This document shows positions 11,251 through 20,046 of a stretch of DNA of 64,000 bases, piece by piece. The notes beneath the pieces were generated by a model, which was given only the letters and a program-made list of their open reading frames with translations, ran no database searches and was not told the DNA's origin. The position numbers were made by a program, and so were the translations under genes. The DNA lies in the sequence record PQ330092.1; one strand, written 5' to 3'. Numbering within the stretch: the stretch's first letter is position 1; the number at the start of each line of letters is the position of its first letter.

Positions 11251-11672
11251 GAGGCTATAATAAGATTTGTATTTTTGTATTTTTAGTTTGTGCATTCAAT
11301 TCGTTTGGTTACTACTGTACAGAAAATAATATTTCATATGGTTTAAATCCTTTGTGGTTTACAATTTCGAATGTAGCACAAATTGGTATTGCTCTTATGT
11401 CTGCACTTATGTTCTGTCCAATTGTCACTATGGATACTGATCATGAAAGGCTTGGATTTCTCCGTGATACTGGAGACGAACCTTACAGTAGATTGATTGT
11501 GTTGTATCCATTTATTGTTATTTTAGGTACTAACATCCAACTTGGGTCATTATCTAATAGTGTTACATCAGCAGCTATTGCTATATTTGCATTCACATTT
11601 TTTATGGTACACAAATCAGTACTTAATTGGTATATCACAAAAATGGCAGAAGAAGGTACTAAAAATACTTGA
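11247..11672 (+). CDS. hypothetical integral membrane protein
   Basis: About 4 hydrophobic helices; coupled start. Confidence 0.75.
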   Translation: MRGYNKICIFVFLVCAFNSFGYYCTENNISYGLNPLWFTISNVAQIGIALMSALMFCPIVTMDTDHERLGFLRDTGDEPYSRLIVLYPFIVILGTNIQLGSLSNSVTSAAIAIFAFTFFMVHKSVLNWYITKMAEEGTKNT

Positions 11673-11697
11673 CATAATTTAGTATGTTATATATAAT
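11669..11697 (+). promoter_or_regulatory. sigma70-type promoter
   Basis: TTGACA-17-TATAAT. Confidence 0.8.
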
Positions 11698-11731
11698 TAT
11701 TTTGTTAAAAACAAATTAGAGTAAGGAACTT

Positions 11732-11983
11732 ATGAACATCGATAAGGTCAAAGAACTTAGTGCTGCACTAATTAAGAATGAAGAAGTTTGTGAAGAACTT
11801 CGCAGTACTATCAAAGTTGAGTACGCACGACTCCAAGGTATGCTTCAAGAATCAGAATGGGTAGTAACTAAATCTATCGAAGCAATCTATAAGGATATCG
11901 AATCCCTTTTCAACAAGAAAAGTAAGATTGAATCTGATTCATATAACAAACGTAAAGAGTTATCTACTGCACTTGGTATCTAA
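11732..11983 (+). CDS. hypothetical coiled-coil protein
   Basis: AAGGA SD. Confidence 0.78.
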   Translation: MNIDKVKELSAALIKNEEVCEELRSTIKVEYARLQGMLQESEWVVTKSIEAIYKDIESLFNKKSKIESDSYNKRKELSTALGI

Positions 11984-11989
11984 AAGTAT

Positions 11990-12018
11990 TTGACATAACA
12001 AATAATATGGAGTACAAT
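11990..12018 (+). promoter_or_regulatory. sigma70-type promoter
   Basis: TTGACA-17-TACAAT. Confidence 0.75.
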
Positions 12019-12057
12019 GTGCTCCTAATTTAATTATCAGCTAAAAAGGAAAACATT

Positions 12058-12318
12058 ATGAAATCTATTCTCGTTGCAGTTAACCTGGTTGCTTCCCCAT
12101 CTTTCAACTTCAAACAAGTTGTTGCTGATAATCTGAAGAAGATCTGTCCAAACGCTGAATTAACTTTCTGTGTGTTTGATTCAGAAAAAGTAACTAAAGT
12201 TGATCTAAACTATCTTTTGAACGAAGTAAAAAGCGTTTCTGGTGAAAGTAACTTAAAAGTTCTTCATGATATTGCAGAAGATTATGATGACACTCTAGTA
12301 ATTTCGGAGAAATTCTAA
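12058..12318 (+). CDS. hypothetical protein (86 aa)
   Basis: AAGGA SD. Confidence 0.78.
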   Translation: MKSILVAVNLVASPSFNFKQVVADNLKKICPNAELTFCVFDSEKVTKVDLNYLLNEVKSVSGESNLKVLHDIAEDYDDTLVISEKF

Positions 12319-12323
12319 ATCAA

Positions 12324-12743
12324 ATGATTACATTCATTCAGTACTTAATCATTAAATTTTTTGGCTATCATACGATTGAGGGCAAAGCTACGCTTGCACA
12401 TAAAATCTTTGTAGCATTATGTACGGGTGATTATGACGTATTGAATAAGTACTGTAAATCTAAAGCATGTATTGATATAATGGCACTTCGTATCTATGAG
12501 TGCCGTTCCAATAGATACAATTTTTACCAATACAGATTTGATGAAAAAGAATTTGATAGCATCAAAATGCTTAAGAATTTATGTAACAATAAAAAGAATA
12601 TGCATATATCAGAATTTGTTGCTTTGTATTTTTATTTAAAAAGTTCATTGTATATGAACACAATGCAAAGATTCGATACTAGAATTAATGTATTCACCGA
12701 TAAAGAATTTTATATATACGATAAATTCTTAGATAAGGTTTAA
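12324..12743 (+). CDS. hypothetical protein (139 aa)
   Basis: GGAG SD. Confidence 0.72.
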   Translation: MITFIQYLIIKFFGYHTIEGKATLAHKIFVALCTGDYDVLNKYCKSKACIDIMALRIYECRSNRYNFYQYRFDEKEFDSIKMLKNLCNNKKNMHISEFVALYFYLKSSLYMNTMQRFDTRINVFTDKEFYIYDKFLDKV

Positions 12744-12744
12744 T

Positions 12745-13242
12745 ATGACAACTGTTTATATTGATAAACGATTAAATTTATTGATTACCGATTCTAGAGT
12801 TACGTCAACTATACCACGAAACTTATTTGGTTTTTTCCCACTAAGACCAAAATATCAATATGGAGTTGTTAATCAAAAAACTTTATATGTACATGACCGT
12901 TTATTCAGTGCTAGTGGGGTAGTAAGTGAAATTGATAAAGTACTGGATTGGTTAATTAATAAAGTACCAGTTATACCTGACAGAAAGTTAAGTTGCCATT
13001 GTGTGCTTCTTTCTAAAGATTATGTTATTCATATGATTTTAACTAAAGGAAAGTTTATTAAAAAACTTGAATATCTACATGAAGACTACACTTTCTTTAT
13101 GGGAAGTGGTGGAGAATACATGCTAGATGCTGCTATTCATGAAGAACATACAACTTTATATGATAAAGTGTTTAGTACTTTCATGGATGTGCACAACCAT
13201 GATTGCTTCACAGATGATAATATTAATGTATATCGATTTTGA
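12745..13242 (+). CDS. HslV/proteasome-beta-like Ntn hydrolase
   Basis: N-terminal MTT, LITDSRVT, SASG, MGSGGEY. Confidence 0.6.
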   Translation: MTTVYIDKRLNLLITDSRVTSTIPRNLFGFFPLRPKYQYGVVNQKTLYVHDRLFSASGVVSEIDKVLDWLINKVPVIPDRKLSCHCVLLSKDYVIHMILTKGKFIKKLEYLHEDYTFFMGSGGEYMLDAAIHEEHTTLYDKVFSTFMDVHNHDCFTDDNINVYRF

Positions 13243-13263
13243 TTTCGTCATTAGGAGATGTAA

Positions 13264-14229
13264 GTGAAAAAGCTTGATTTAAATACAATTGCCGAAGAAG
13301 TTCTGGATGAATGTTTTGCTAATGAAGAAGTCAACACACTAGAAGCCTTAGATTTCGTTGAAGATAAAGATGATAATGAAGGTAAAGTACAAAGCAGTTT
13401 CAAATATAATATTACACTTAAGCGACCACCAAATGTTTCCAATGAAGATCTAATTCGTGATATTCAAGCTGGTATCAATGTAAAGAAAAACACTGAACTG
13501 TTAGTTCGTTACAATTATGGACTGATTATTGATGTAGCAAGTAAATGTACTTGTTATATCCCATTTGAAGATAAGATTTCATATGGTGTTGAGGGGTTCA
13601 TGAGAGCACTAAAAACCTTTGATCTTAATAAGAATGTTAAGTTCATTACCTATGCTTCTTCTAGTATTTACATGACAGTCTATAACGAAAGTTCTGACGC
13701 TAACTATATGGTACACTTCCCACGTTATATGAGTGTTCATAAGATCAAAGTAAAAAGATTCTGTCAGGAATATATGCGTAAACATGGTGTTCGCCCAACT
13801 CCTGAAATAATCTCAGAGGGTACTGGGATTGAGATTCAGCATGTTAATAATTGTTTGTTATTTCAAAGCGAATACACTTCGCTGGATGCACCATTAGACG
13901 GTGTTACAGATGGTACATTAGGTGACATTATTCATTCACCTGCTTCTGATTTTAACCTCAATGTTGATAGTATCCGTGCACCTTTGCGTTATGCTATCAA
14001 TGAACTGACCAACGAATTGAGTACTAAAGAACGTGAGATTATCCAGCGTGTTCATGGTCTAGGTGAATATGAACCTGAAACGCTTCGTGAGATTGCTGAT
14101 AATGGTTTTGTTGATGATAATGGAAAATATGTTAAATCCCGTTCATCAATACATCGAAAGTACAGTGAAGCTATGCAAAAGCTTAAGAAGTTAGTACTTG
14201 CAAAAGGGTACGAATACGAAGATTTCTAA
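13264..14229 (+). CDS. sigma70-family RNA polymerase sigma factor
   Basis: Region 2 (YNYGLIIDVA..ISYGVEGFMRALKTFD..KFITYA), region 3 (RPTPEIISE..SLDAPL), region 4 (LSTKEREII..ETLREIA). Confidence 0.88.
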   Translation: MKKLDLNTIAEEVLDECFANEEVNTLEALDFVEDKDDNEGKVQSSFKYNITLKRPPNVSNEDLIRDIQAGINVKKNTELLVRYNYGLIIDVASKCTCYIPFEDKISYGVEGFMRALKTFDLNKNVKFITYASSSIYMTVYNESSDANYMVHFPRYMSVHKIKVKRFCQEYMRKHGVRPTPEIISEGTGIEIQHVNNCLLFQSEYTSLDAPLDGVTDGTLGDIIHSPASDFNLNVDSIRAPLRYAINELTNELSTKEREIIQRVHGLGEYEPETLREIADNGFVDDNGKYVKSRSSIHRKYSEAMQKLKKLVLAKGYEYEDF

Positions 14230-14234
14230 AGAAC

Positions 14235-14262
14235 AAGGGTTGGCTTATGCCAACCTTTTTTT
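14235..14262 (+). terminator. intrinsic terminator
   Basis: AAGGGTTGGC-TTAT-GCCAACCTTTTTTT. Confidence 0.85.
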
Positions 14263-14296
14263 ATGGGATGAAGTAAAAGTTTGTGATATAATTATC

Positions 14297-14786
14297 TTGT
14301 ACAATTCTGTTGGCATGATATTCATGTACCTGATCCACTCGAAAACGTAGAGGGCAGTTGAGCAGTCCGACAGTGCGAACAGCAAAAGAAACCCGTTAGA
14401 TGTGGGCATAGTTTGAACCCCTCACGGCAATGCGGCTGTATAAAGAACCACGTTAGGATAGCTGGTGGTTCCTTGATAGACATATAAGGATAACACCTTA
14501 CGAATTATCTAAGGGAGAGTTATCGAATTTTGTACAGGAAAGTTGCGTCCAAAATTTGAGTACTCACATTAAGTATTTGATTGCATAGATACTTAATGAA
14601 GATACACTATGTTTAAAAGTGTAGACCGTCATATGAAACTGAAGTAGAGAGAAACAGGATGACCCGCTTTCGCACTCTTTATGAGTAATCTTCAATGCAA
14701 TAGCTCTGATACCATCAGCGTCAAATTTCCCTCCTTGTGGGGGGAAGAAAAATCCCTTCCTCAAATCCCGTCAATATTAAAAGTCC
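14297..14786 (+). ncRNA. candidate large structured ncRNA (~490 nt, possibly two domains)
   Basis: Extended -10 TGaTATAAT at 14284-14292; closing stem TGTACAA/TTGTACA; many hairpins; no credible ORF. Confidence 0.55.
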
Positions 14787-14815
14787 TTGACAGTTATTAA
14801 TCATTCGCGTAGAAT
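14787..14815 (+). promoter_or_regulatory. sigma70-type promoter
   Basis: TTGACA-17-TAGAAT. Confidence 0.75.
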
Positions 14816-14879
14816 ACGTAGTATTAGAAGCGAACAGACATCTCGAAGAGATGGATGATTAACCATTAAGGAATATCAA

Positions 14880-15089
14880 ATGAATTCAGTAATCTTTTTA
14901 GTAGTCGCTTTCTCTGTTAATTCCGGTGTACAAATAACCCCAATGAATTCCATGAATCAATGCATAGCAGTACGTGATAGTACATACGAACAAGTAAACA
15001 AAGATATTTGGATTACAGTTAGTAAAGAACAAATGTGGTGTTACAATAGTAATACTAACACAAAGCTTATTGTAGGACAAACTCAATGA
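14880..15089 (+). CDS. hypothetical protein (69 aa)
   Basis: AAGGA SD. Confidence 0.75.
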   Translation: MNSVIFLVVAFSVNSGVQITPMNSMNQCIAVRDSTYEQVNKDIWITVSKEQMWCYNSNTNTKLIVGQTQ

Positions 15090-15316
15090 GTTATGGCGTT
15101 CGTTTTGAGATTCGTTCTATTGTCATCAATGCAGAGAAACAAGTATCGTTGGATGGTGATATACGTGAAATTTATCTATCATGTATCCGTGCGAAATCTG
15201 AAGCAGATGCCTTAGTACAAATGTATAGTTTTAACTTTTCAAATGGATTCTATTTGGTACGAGTTATTGAAGTGAAAAAAGTACTTATTGGTTGTAGCAT
15301 AGAAGGATTAATGTAA
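15086..15316 (+). CDS. hypothetical protein (76 aa)
   Basis: ATGA overlap. Confidence 0.72.
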   Translation: MSYGVRFEIRSIVINAEKQVSLDGDIREIYLSCIRAKSEADALVQMYSFNFSNGFYLVRVIEVKKVLIGCSIEGLM

Positions 15317-15317
15317 A

Positions 15318-16106
15318 ATGAGCACTATAGATGAACTGATTCGACGGAATTCAAAATATTACCAACCATCAGAAATTGTAGGTAACATTACCAAATCAGA
15401 GTTTGGTCCAAATACTCGAAAACTCATTCATGTAATGTCACGTGATGGCTTTAAATGTGATTGTTGCGGTGAATCTAATGTAGTATTCACTTTACACAAG
15501 CACAGTACTAAAGATCGTTATAAATTCAGACCTTATGTACTTAAAGGGAAACGCCTTGTACGCATGACGTTAGACCATAATGTACTGGACTGTCTTCAGG
15601 GCGGTAATGATAAAGAGAACATGACTGCACTGTGTGAAGATTGTAACGCATTACGCCAGCATAAGTTTGCTGAATACAGTGAGTTTAAACACTGGTATCA
15701 TAACGCGGATCGTTCAATCGAGCCTGACGTTAACTACTGCTTCATTGAGTACATTAAGAATGCCAAAGATACATACATTCTTAAATCAATGTCACCTATT
15801 ACCGTGTTTCCTGAGAACCTATTCACTACATTAAAGAATAGTTTTATTGTGGGTGATATTGATGCATTCAAGTATTTTGACAAAGGTGCAAAACATTTTG
15901 AAATTCAATGTCTTAGTACTGCACTATGTGAACTCATTAAAATTTACATAAAAGAGTATTTGGGTATTGACAATGTACGTGTACCAGAGTATACTTTTTC
16001 TATTGAATTCGATTGTGAATCAATCAAAGAGTTTGGAATTCTTTTCAATAAACAAATAGAACTTGCAATTCAAAACGAAATCAAGTACTATACTACTAAC
16101 ATTTAA
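15318..16106 (+). CDS. HNH endonuclease-domain protein
   Basis: CDCCG..MTLDH..GGNDKENMTALCEDCN. Confidence 0.72.
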   Translation: MSTIDELIRRNSKYYQPSEIVGNITKSEFGPNTRKLIHVMSRDGFKCDCCGESNVVFTLHKHSTKDRYKFRPYVLKGKRLVRMTLDHNVLDCLQGGNDKENMTALCEDCNALRQHKFAEYSEFKHWYHNADRSIEPDVNYCFIEYIKNAKDTYILKSMSPITVFPENLFTTLKNSFIVGDIDAFKYFDKGAKHFEIQCLSTALCELIKIYIKEYLGIDNVRVPEYTFSIEFDCESIKEFGILFNKQIELAIQNEIKYYTTNI

Positions 16107-16121
16107 TCAGAGGAAATTATC

Positions 16122-16304
16122 ATGCAAATTATCATTCTTATCGTTGGCATCATGCTGGGTGTTTACGGTCACTCCTGGATGAACGAGAAGTTTCCTAATA
16201 CGCGTCCTGAGTATTGCAGTACTAATGTATTCCAGAATGGTGAGAAACCAAAGGAAAGCATTGGTAAAAAGCTGGATAAAGTACTTGATGTGATCAATGA
16301 ATAA
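16122..16304 (+). CDS. small membrane-anchored protein
   Basis: GAGGA SD; N-terminal TM. Confidence 0.72.
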   Translation: MQIIILIVGIMLGVYGHSWMNEKFPNTRPEYCSTNVFQNGEKPKESIGKKLDKVLDVINE

Positions 16305-16515
16305 GGGCCATAAAATGTTTAAACCGAATTCCAATGTTGGTAAGAAAGTTCAATTACTTGAGGATGTATCCACTCTGAGTGGGATTTTCCCAAGAGGTCA
16401 CATCATGACTATTATTGCCGAAACATCCCGTGGTTGGGACTTGGAAGATGCTGATGGTAATCGCATCCTTGAGGCTGGATTCTATGGTCATCGTGAATAT
16501 AAAATCATTGATTAA
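16297..16515 (+). CDS. hypothetical protein
   Basis: Overlap-coupled ORF. Confidence 0.7.
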   Translation: MNKGHKMFKPNSNVGKKVQLLEDVSTLSGIFPRGHIMTIIAETSRGWDLEDADGNRILEAGFYGHREYKIID

Positions 16516-16611
16516 GGATGCAACATGACTTTAGAGATTGTCTTTGGTATTGTTAGCTTAGTCGTCTGTGTGGGTTGGTTTGGGTATCTGATGATTTTTA
16601 GTGATTAATAC

Positions 16612-16639
16612 TTGACATAAGATATCAGTACTGTATAAT
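16612..16639 (+). promoter_or_regulatory. sigma70-type promoter with CAGTACTG abutting -10
   Basis: TTGACA-16-TATAAT. Confidence 0.75.
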
Positions 16640-16684
16640 GTTTATATCAAACGAAATCCACTTTAACAAATGATAGGAAATATT

Positions 16685-16963
16685 ATGTCTTTTTCTAAAG
16701 AAGAACGTGACCTTATTAAAAAAGCAATTTGGTTTTATGCTAATGAAGGGAAGTGCGATGAAGAAAAAGCACGTGAACTGTGTAATATCCTTGAGAAGAA
16801 ACAAGAACTGAAAGTGTATCGTATCCGTGATTTGGATGAAGGGGATCGTATTGTCCTAGCTGAAACAAAAGAAGAAGCAGAACAAATCTTCACTGATAAA
16901 AACGAAAATCCACATTGGATGGAAGAAGTCTGTGATGTTAAAAAAGGTACTTATATCGATTGA
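16685..16963 (+). CDS. hypothetical protein
   Basis: AGGA SD before ATG 16685. Confidence 0.75.
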   Translation: MSFSKEERDLIKKAIWFYANEGKCDEEKARELCNILEKKQELKVYRIRDLDEGDRIVLAETKEEAEQIFTDKNENPHWMEEVCDVKKGTYID

Positions 16964-17060
16964 CAGTACTGAATAATAGCAGTATTATGTTTTATATAAA
17001 AGGGAATGCAGTGAAAGGAAAGACAGCATAATCGTACTCGTCACTGCGTTCCCGCCCTTT
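16960..17060 (+). promoter_or_regulatory. promoter plus structured leader
   Basis: TTGACA-17-TATTAT; 13-bp stem 17002-17014/17041-17053 then TTTT. Confidence 0.6.
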
Positions 17061-17082
17061 TAAATTAAATGAGGAATTAACT

Positions 17083-17391
17083 ATGTTTCAAACTAACACT
17101 CAAGGTTTTGTAATCATCGATTTGAATCAAAACAGCGGTCATTGGATGAAACCTACTGACGCATGTATGCAGTTTGATTTTTTAGGTTACAGGATTAGTG
17201 TAAGTACTGGTGCTTCTGTACTGAGAGGTGGTTGTATCGTTGAACATCTGGTAACTGATCCAGAAGGTCGTGAGTATGAAATCGCAGGTTCAGTACAAGA
17301 TGCCATTATGTTTGTATGTCAGCGTGAAATGAATGGTTCGAATTCAAATGCACTGACTCATGCTCTTTCTCAAGAAGTGGAGGTTCGTTAA
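17083..17391 (+). CDS. hypothetical protein (102 aa)
   Basis: GAGGA SD. Confidence 0.8.
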   Translation: MFQTNTQGFVIIDLNQNSGHWMKPTDACMQFDFLGYRISVSTGASVLRGGCIVEHLVTDPEGREYEIAGSVQDAIMFVCQREMNGSNSNALTHALSQEVEVR

Positions 17392-17636
17392 TGAAATACA
17401 TTGTAGCAGTACTCGTTGCATTTCTACTCACTGCATGTGATGCTTCTACCAAAGAACGTACAAGTGATTTTGTTCTACCTGCTGAATTAAAAGAAGCAGG
17501 GTGTAAGATTTATCGTATGCAACAAGATGGTGCTGGTGCGACTTTATACACTGTGTACTGTCCTAATGCAAATACAAGTACTGGATACACTAGCGGTAAA
17601 ACACGAATCAACACTTCCGTAATTCATGGAGAATAA
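17391..17636 (+). CDS. putative lipoprotein
   Basis: Lipobox LLTAC. Confidence 0.75.
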   Translation: MKYIVAVLVAFLLTACDASTKERTSDFVLPAELKEAGCKIYRMQQDGAGATLYTVYCPNANTSTGYTSGKTRINTSVIHGE

Positions 17637-17638
17637 CA

Positions 17639-18007
17639 ATGAGCCTTGATACAACACGTGCAGCAGATTTATTAACTCGTCTGAATGATGAAGAATATCT
17701 TGCTGAGATAAAGTACAAGCTTGACAAACTTGTTCGAAGTGCTGAAGTAATTGAAGTTGAAGGTCACTTACCGATGGATCAATACCATAGGTTCAAGGAA
17801 GATATGGTTTATTATCCTAATGAAATTTGGATTGAGTGGCAACATTGGACTAACAAAACTCTTCGCATTGAAGGGTATTGTGTGAAGTATGAAAGTTCAC
17901 CTGGTGATGTTACAAAAACTCTATCAATTTGGTGTACAAAAACAAATGAACTCGTTGAGGTGAATTTGAATTATATGAATGGATTCCGTTGGGGTGATGT
18001 TAAATGA
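17639..18007 (+). CDS. hypothetical protein (122 aa)
   Basis: GGAG SD. Confidence 0.78.
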   Translation: MSLDTTRAADLLTRLNDEEYLAEIKYKLDKLVRSAEVIEVEGHLPMDQYHRFKEDMVYYPNEIWIEWQHWTNKTLRIEGYCVKYESSPGDVTKTLSIWCTKTNELVEVNLNYMNGFRWGDVK

Positions 18008-18279
18008 TTAAAAAACTCTTGACTGGAATCATTGTGTGCAGTACAATGTTTCTTACAGCATGTAATGATGACGGCAGGTTTAGTGCAAAAGACTTAGTTC
18101 GTCAGGATTGTACATTCACAGGTAAGTCTTTTATTAACGAGTATGAAATATGTACACAATCAGGTCGTATCTGTGGTGGTTGGGAAAAACGTCAGGAGCG
18201 ATTGTATGTATATGAATGCCCTGGACATCACAACAAAGTATTAAGCACACACAAACTTGTTTATGATAAGGTTGAATAA
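18004..18279 (+). CDS. putative lipoprotein, Cys-rich
   Basis: Lipobox FLTAC. Confidence 0.72.
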   Translation: MIKKLLTGIIVCSTMFLTACNDDGRFSAKDLVRQDCTFTGKSFINEYEICTQSGRICGGWEKRQERLYVYECPGHHNKVLSTHKLVYDKVE

Positions 18280-18494
18280 TGACTACCAATGAAATGATGC
18301 AGGTTATTTGGGATAAAGGTTGTGATATTAAAATCACTAGTACTGATGTTCGTGTATTCAAAACTGAATATATGGAGTACTTGGACCTTGATACTTATAA
18401 TAATATTGTATCAATTGAACACAAAGGTGCAGTACTGGAAACCATTGACGTAGTACTCAAGAAAGCTACCGACCTATTAGGAGTGGCAGTGTGA
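18279..18494 (+). CDS. hypothetical protein (71 aa)
   Basis: TAATG overlap. Confidence 0.72.
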   Translation: MTTNEMMQVIWDKGCDIKITSTDVRVFKTEYMEYLDLDTYNNIVSIEHKGAVLETIDVVLKKATDLLGVAV

Positions 18495-18647
18495 ATAACA
18501 AAGAGTGGGAAGATTACCGCAAGAAGTGCAGGGAGTTTGATAAAGAACTTACTGGTACAGTGAATGCAGTAATGTGGGTATCTGTAATTATTGCAGTTCT
18601 TGCGTTGGGTGCTATTATTATTAATAAATTATTCTAAGGCGAATATC

Positions 18648-18848
18648 ATGTTTACTTTATATCTCGCAGTAGTTCTCACCAATGGTGAAATCACTCGTAC
18701 TATTGGTGAAGGTGTATATAAAACACCAGACCAGTGCTACTCTGCCACTCATTGGCCTCGCGATAGTGGGGATGAAACTCGCACTGAATTCAAATGCATG
18801 AAAGTAAAAGGTGATTTTGTTAACCTTAAGGTTATCGAGGCGAAATAA
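18648..18848 (+). CDS. hypothetical protein (66 aa)
   Basis: ATG 18648 after AAGG; TAATG overlap with next gene. Confidence 0.7.
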   Translation: MFTLYLAVVLTNGEITRTIGEGVYKTPDQCYSATHWPRDSGDETRTEFKCMKVKGDFVNLKVIEAK

Positions 18849-19366
18849 TGGATATTAATGAGTTGTTGAAATTAGTGTTTAATCGTGAACGCCGCGATAC
18901 AAGACCAATTGAATATCAAGATGTGATACGCATTGAAACTGATTTCTGTTATGGTAAAACAACTCATGACCTTTTGAATCTCTCTGGAAAACGCTATGCT
19001 GATGTTTGTTTTTCAGAGAGAAGTGATGGTTCAGAAATAACGAGTACTGATATTGTTTGTTACGCACGCAGTGCTGATAAATCTTATGAAATAGAACTTA
19101 TATATTCCCCTAGTTCTAAAACAAATCATCACCGCCATATTTTATATGATGTTTACACACCACCTGGTATTGCTGAATATTTTGTTATTGATTATAGTAC
19201 TGAAGAAAATGTGTTTCAACAAAGTTTGATTCATAACTTTGAGGTGAATGATCCATTAGTACCAAAGTTGTTCAAACTACTTGACACCATCGATGTTGAT
19301 TTTGAATTTGTTATGTGCATTAGAACTTCTTTATTCAATGAATTCATGGAACTTTTTAATATATGA
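18848..19366 (+). CDS. hypothetical protein, EExxFQ family
   Basis: TEENVFQQSLIHN. Confidence 0.75.
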   Translation: MDINELLKLVFNRERRDTRPIEYQDVIRIETDFCYGKTTHDLLNLSGKRYADVCFSERSDGSEITSTDIVCYARSADKSYEIELIYSPSSKTNHHRHILYDVYTPPGIAEYFVIDYSTEENVFQQSLIHNFEVNDPLVPKLFKLLDTIDVDFEFVMCIRTSLFNEFMELFNI

Positions 19367-19584
19367 ATAGATACTATGTTGTGTATGAACACGTCTCTGA
19401 ATTTAATAACATACGCGGGTTTTCCAGAGTAGTCACCAAGATGGATGTATTCATTCGTGCTCTTAGTGAAGTAGATGCACTGTTTAAATTGTTTGATGAA
19501 ATTACAAAGTATAACACACCCAAAACACACCGCTATGTGGAAGCTGTACATAGCATTATACTAACTGAAAGTGATGAGGAATGA
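19363..19584 (+). CDS. hypothetical protein (73 aa)
   Basis: ATGA overlap. Confidence 0.7.
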   Translation: MNRYYVVYEHVSEFNNIRGFSRVVTKMDVFIRALSEVDALFKLFDEITKYNTPKTHRYVEAVHSIILTESDEE

Positions 19585-19587
19585 TAA

Positions 19588-19806
19588 ATGAATTTATATC
19601 TAGTTGAAGGTTTAGTACAAGTCTATAAACCAGAAGGTGAAGGTCAACGTTTTTCACACGTAGAAGAATTTAAGTACGTTGTACAGGCTGATGGTCAGTA
19701 CGATGCGGAAATTCAAGTAGATGAATCATTCCGTAAGAAAAATGAAATTGGTAAATTTCAATACCAGAACTTACAATATAAAGTATGGCCTAGTATAAAT
19801 GACTAA
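19588..19806 (+). CDS. hypothetical protein (72 aa)
   Basis: GAGGA SD. Confidence 0.72.
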   Translation: MNLYLVEGLVQVYKPEGEGQRFSHVEEFKYVVQADGQYDAEIQVDESFRKKNEIGKFQYQNLQYKVWPSIND

Positions 19807-20014
19807 GATGTGGTGGTGTCATGGTGTATATAACGTGTATGTAAATGGTAGATATAAAATGTCTAGTACCTATGCAAGACGTGTTAATGCGAAAAACCAA
19901 GTTGATGCTGCTTGTGAGATCATTGAGTGGTATGCTGAGTTCAATGCACCTGACTATATGTACGAAATAGTTACAATAAATGTTGTACAAATCGATACAT
20001 CTTTGATACAATAA
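19799..20014 (+). CDS. hypothetical protein (71 aa)
   Basis: Overlap-coupled ORF. Confidence 0.7.
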   Translation: MTKMWWCHGVYNVYVNGRYKMSSTYARRVNAKNQVDAACEIIEWYAEFNAPDYMYEIVTINVVQIDTSLIQ

Positions 20015-20046
20015 CCACATCAAAAAAATTGCATCTGAGGATACTT

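Noticed and set aside
14564-14764. 66-aa - strand ORF
   Set aside because: TTG start without a good SD, inside a structured non-coding block.
14537-14786. tmRNA-like motifs on the - strand (GACGGGATTTG ... TTTTGGACGC)
   Set aside because: No acceptor stem, T arm or CCA, no ALAA-type tag frame, and too short; kept only as part of the unknown RNA.
14297-14786. RNase P RNA or group I/II intron
   Set aside because: No GAGGAAAGUCC/CR-V pair, no convincing P7 or domain V, and no interrupted host gene.
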